NCBI RefSeq assembly: GCF_009914755.1 | Contig: NC_060927.1 | Reading direction: 5' to 3' (one strand) | Length of the DNA: 64,000 nt | Source of the DNA: the human T2T-CHM13v2.0 reference genome, Homo sapiens | In this document: one piece after another, positions 60,267-64,000 of the stretch | How the letters are laid out: every line of letters begins with the position of its first letter | How positions within the stretch are numbered: position 1 is the stretch's first letter | Notes under the pieces: model-generated | The model's input: the letters and a program-made list of their open reading frames with translations, nothing else | Database searches by the model: none | What the model was told of the DNA's origin: nothing | Position numbers and translations under genes: made by a program

Positions 60267-60463
60267 CTAATTCAAACCTACTGAGTTCAAAATTTTTGAG
60301 ATAATCAGGGAAATTTAACCACTAAGTCAAATTATAATATTTGATAAAATTAAGGAATTGCTGTAAATTTTGTTTTTAGGCTTTTAGGAGTAATAATGGT
60401 ATTTGTGGCTATATTTTTTAAAAGAATCCCCTCACTGAGGTACACACACACTCACTGAGGTAT

Positions 60464-60501
<38 letters not shown>

Positions 60502-60685
60502 GGATAAAAATATAGGCAGTCAAAGATTTGCTTCCCAAAAAATGGGTAATCAGGGTCTGGCTAAAGATGAAGCATGATTGGCCATGAGTTGATAACTGTC
60601 ATAGCTGGTTGATGGGCATCTGGGTGTTTATTGCACTATTCTAATGTAGCATCTGTTTGAATTTTTTTAGCATAAAGAAAAGACC

Positions 60686-61006
<321 letters not shown>

Positions 61007-62249
61007 TTACAGTTTGCCAAGGCCTTTCACACATTTTCTCATTTGAGATTACAACCACTTGGCAAGAAATGTATTATTACTATACTCATTTCAAAATTGA
61101 TGAAGCTAAAAGGTCAATGCCTTAACCAAGGTTGTATGTATTTACTGTGCATAATATATAGTCAAGGTCTAGGTCAACGGTAATCTTTGTTCGCCTCCTT
61201 CAAATATCAGTCTCAGCACATGCTGTGTCAGCTGCGCTTCAGAGACCTGAACTTCTTTGATTCCTGGTCCAGCTATACCATTAGGCTATAACCTCCATGA
61301 AGGTAAGGCAGGAGCCTATTCGTTTGCCACTGTATCAGCAAAATCAGGCCAAGCCTGCACATGATCACTCAGTGAACATTTATTAAATTATGGATAAGTG
61401 AATGAACAAATGAAGTAACGATTATCTCTTTCTCTTAAGGGGAATCAAATTGTGGAGAAAATAATATAGGTCTTAGACTCACAAAGAGCTGTGGTTAAAG
61501 CTGGCCACTTTACATGAAGTATGACCTAGGCAAATTATTTCAGCTTTCTGAGCCTCTATTTCTTCGTGTGTGAAATGGGAATAATAATTCCTTTTTCTTA
61601 TAGATTTTATGGGGATTAAATAACACAAAGTATATAAAAGGTGTAGCCTGGTACCTGACATTTAACATATCTCAAAAATAACTTTGCTATTACTAATCAT
61701 TATGAAAGATGGAACTTTGTTGGTTCTCCAGGACGATCATTCTTTTGTCTCAGGCTAACTTTTTAGTCAATAATCAATGAGTATGAGATCGATGAGAGAT
61801 TTCTCATCAATATTTTCCACTCTAATATTTTGCTCCTGTCAGTGAGGAGGCTTGTTCTAAAAATTAAGAGGTAAAAAGTCCAACTCAGCCATCAGCTCGT
61901 ACGAATTAGTGTAATTATATAAAATATCTCTCACCCTCCGTCTCACGTGTGAGCTCCTTCTGCATTTTGTAGCCTTTCTTGCTCCTTCTATCTCATGAAG
62001 CTGGGAGGATGAAAGACCCCAGTCCTGAAAGCAGCTTGTCTGCTCACTGAACATCAAAGAGTTCAGCATGGCTACAGTGGAGTGAGCAAGGGGGAGAGAA
62101 GAAAGGAAAGGAGATGAGAAAGGTAACATTGGGCCAAGTCATGGATGAAAGGAGAACAGAAAGGTAACATTGGGCCAAGTCATGGATGTTCTGGTAAGCT
62201 TTTACTGTGAAAGTTGGTGCCACTGCAGTTTTGAGAAGACATCTGACAC

Positions 62250-63900
<1,651 letters not shown>

Positions 63901-64000
63901 GCACGGCAGGAGAAGACTTCTTTGCAAACTACCAAAGAGACCCTCTGGCTCTCACACTTGGTTCTCAGCTGTTTATTAACTGCTCTCAGTTTCTCATTAT

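Overview
This is human (primate) genomic DNA containing the 5' part of SUMF1 (sulfatase-modifying factor 1, the formylglycine-generating enzyme FGE) on the minus strand. It includes a CpG-island promoter at about 58.85-59.4 kb and coding exons 1-7: 59253-58984, 44739-44566, 41030-40956, 11862-11780, 9848-9726, 8958-8844 and 2696-2583. Together these are 954 nt (codons 1-318), and all introns are GT-AG. The last coding exons, which carry the catalytic cysteines, lie beyond the left edge. The introns are dense with repeats: about 35 Alus, old L1M/L1PB pieces, MaLR/ERV LTRs, hAT and mariner MITEs, MIR and L2. Intron 6 holds a decayed MRPS10 retrocopy. I see no convincing new protein-coding gene or multi-gene system, and nearly all other ORFs in the track are repeat artefacts. 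The best leads are regulatory or structural: (1) a palindromic double CLEAR/E-box whose proximal half supplies an out-of-frame uATG overlapping the SUMF1 start; (2) a ~790-bp alternating purine-pyrimidine VNTR with ~38 ACGTG cores inside a probably chimeric Alu; (3) inverted Alus bracketing the in-frame exon 4-6 block (circRNA candidate); (4) a MADE1 hairpin; (5) a sense-oriented THE1 LTR; and (6) a young AluY with an internal duplication. Repeat family names come from remembered consensus sequences, not from a database search, and repeat boundaries are approximate.
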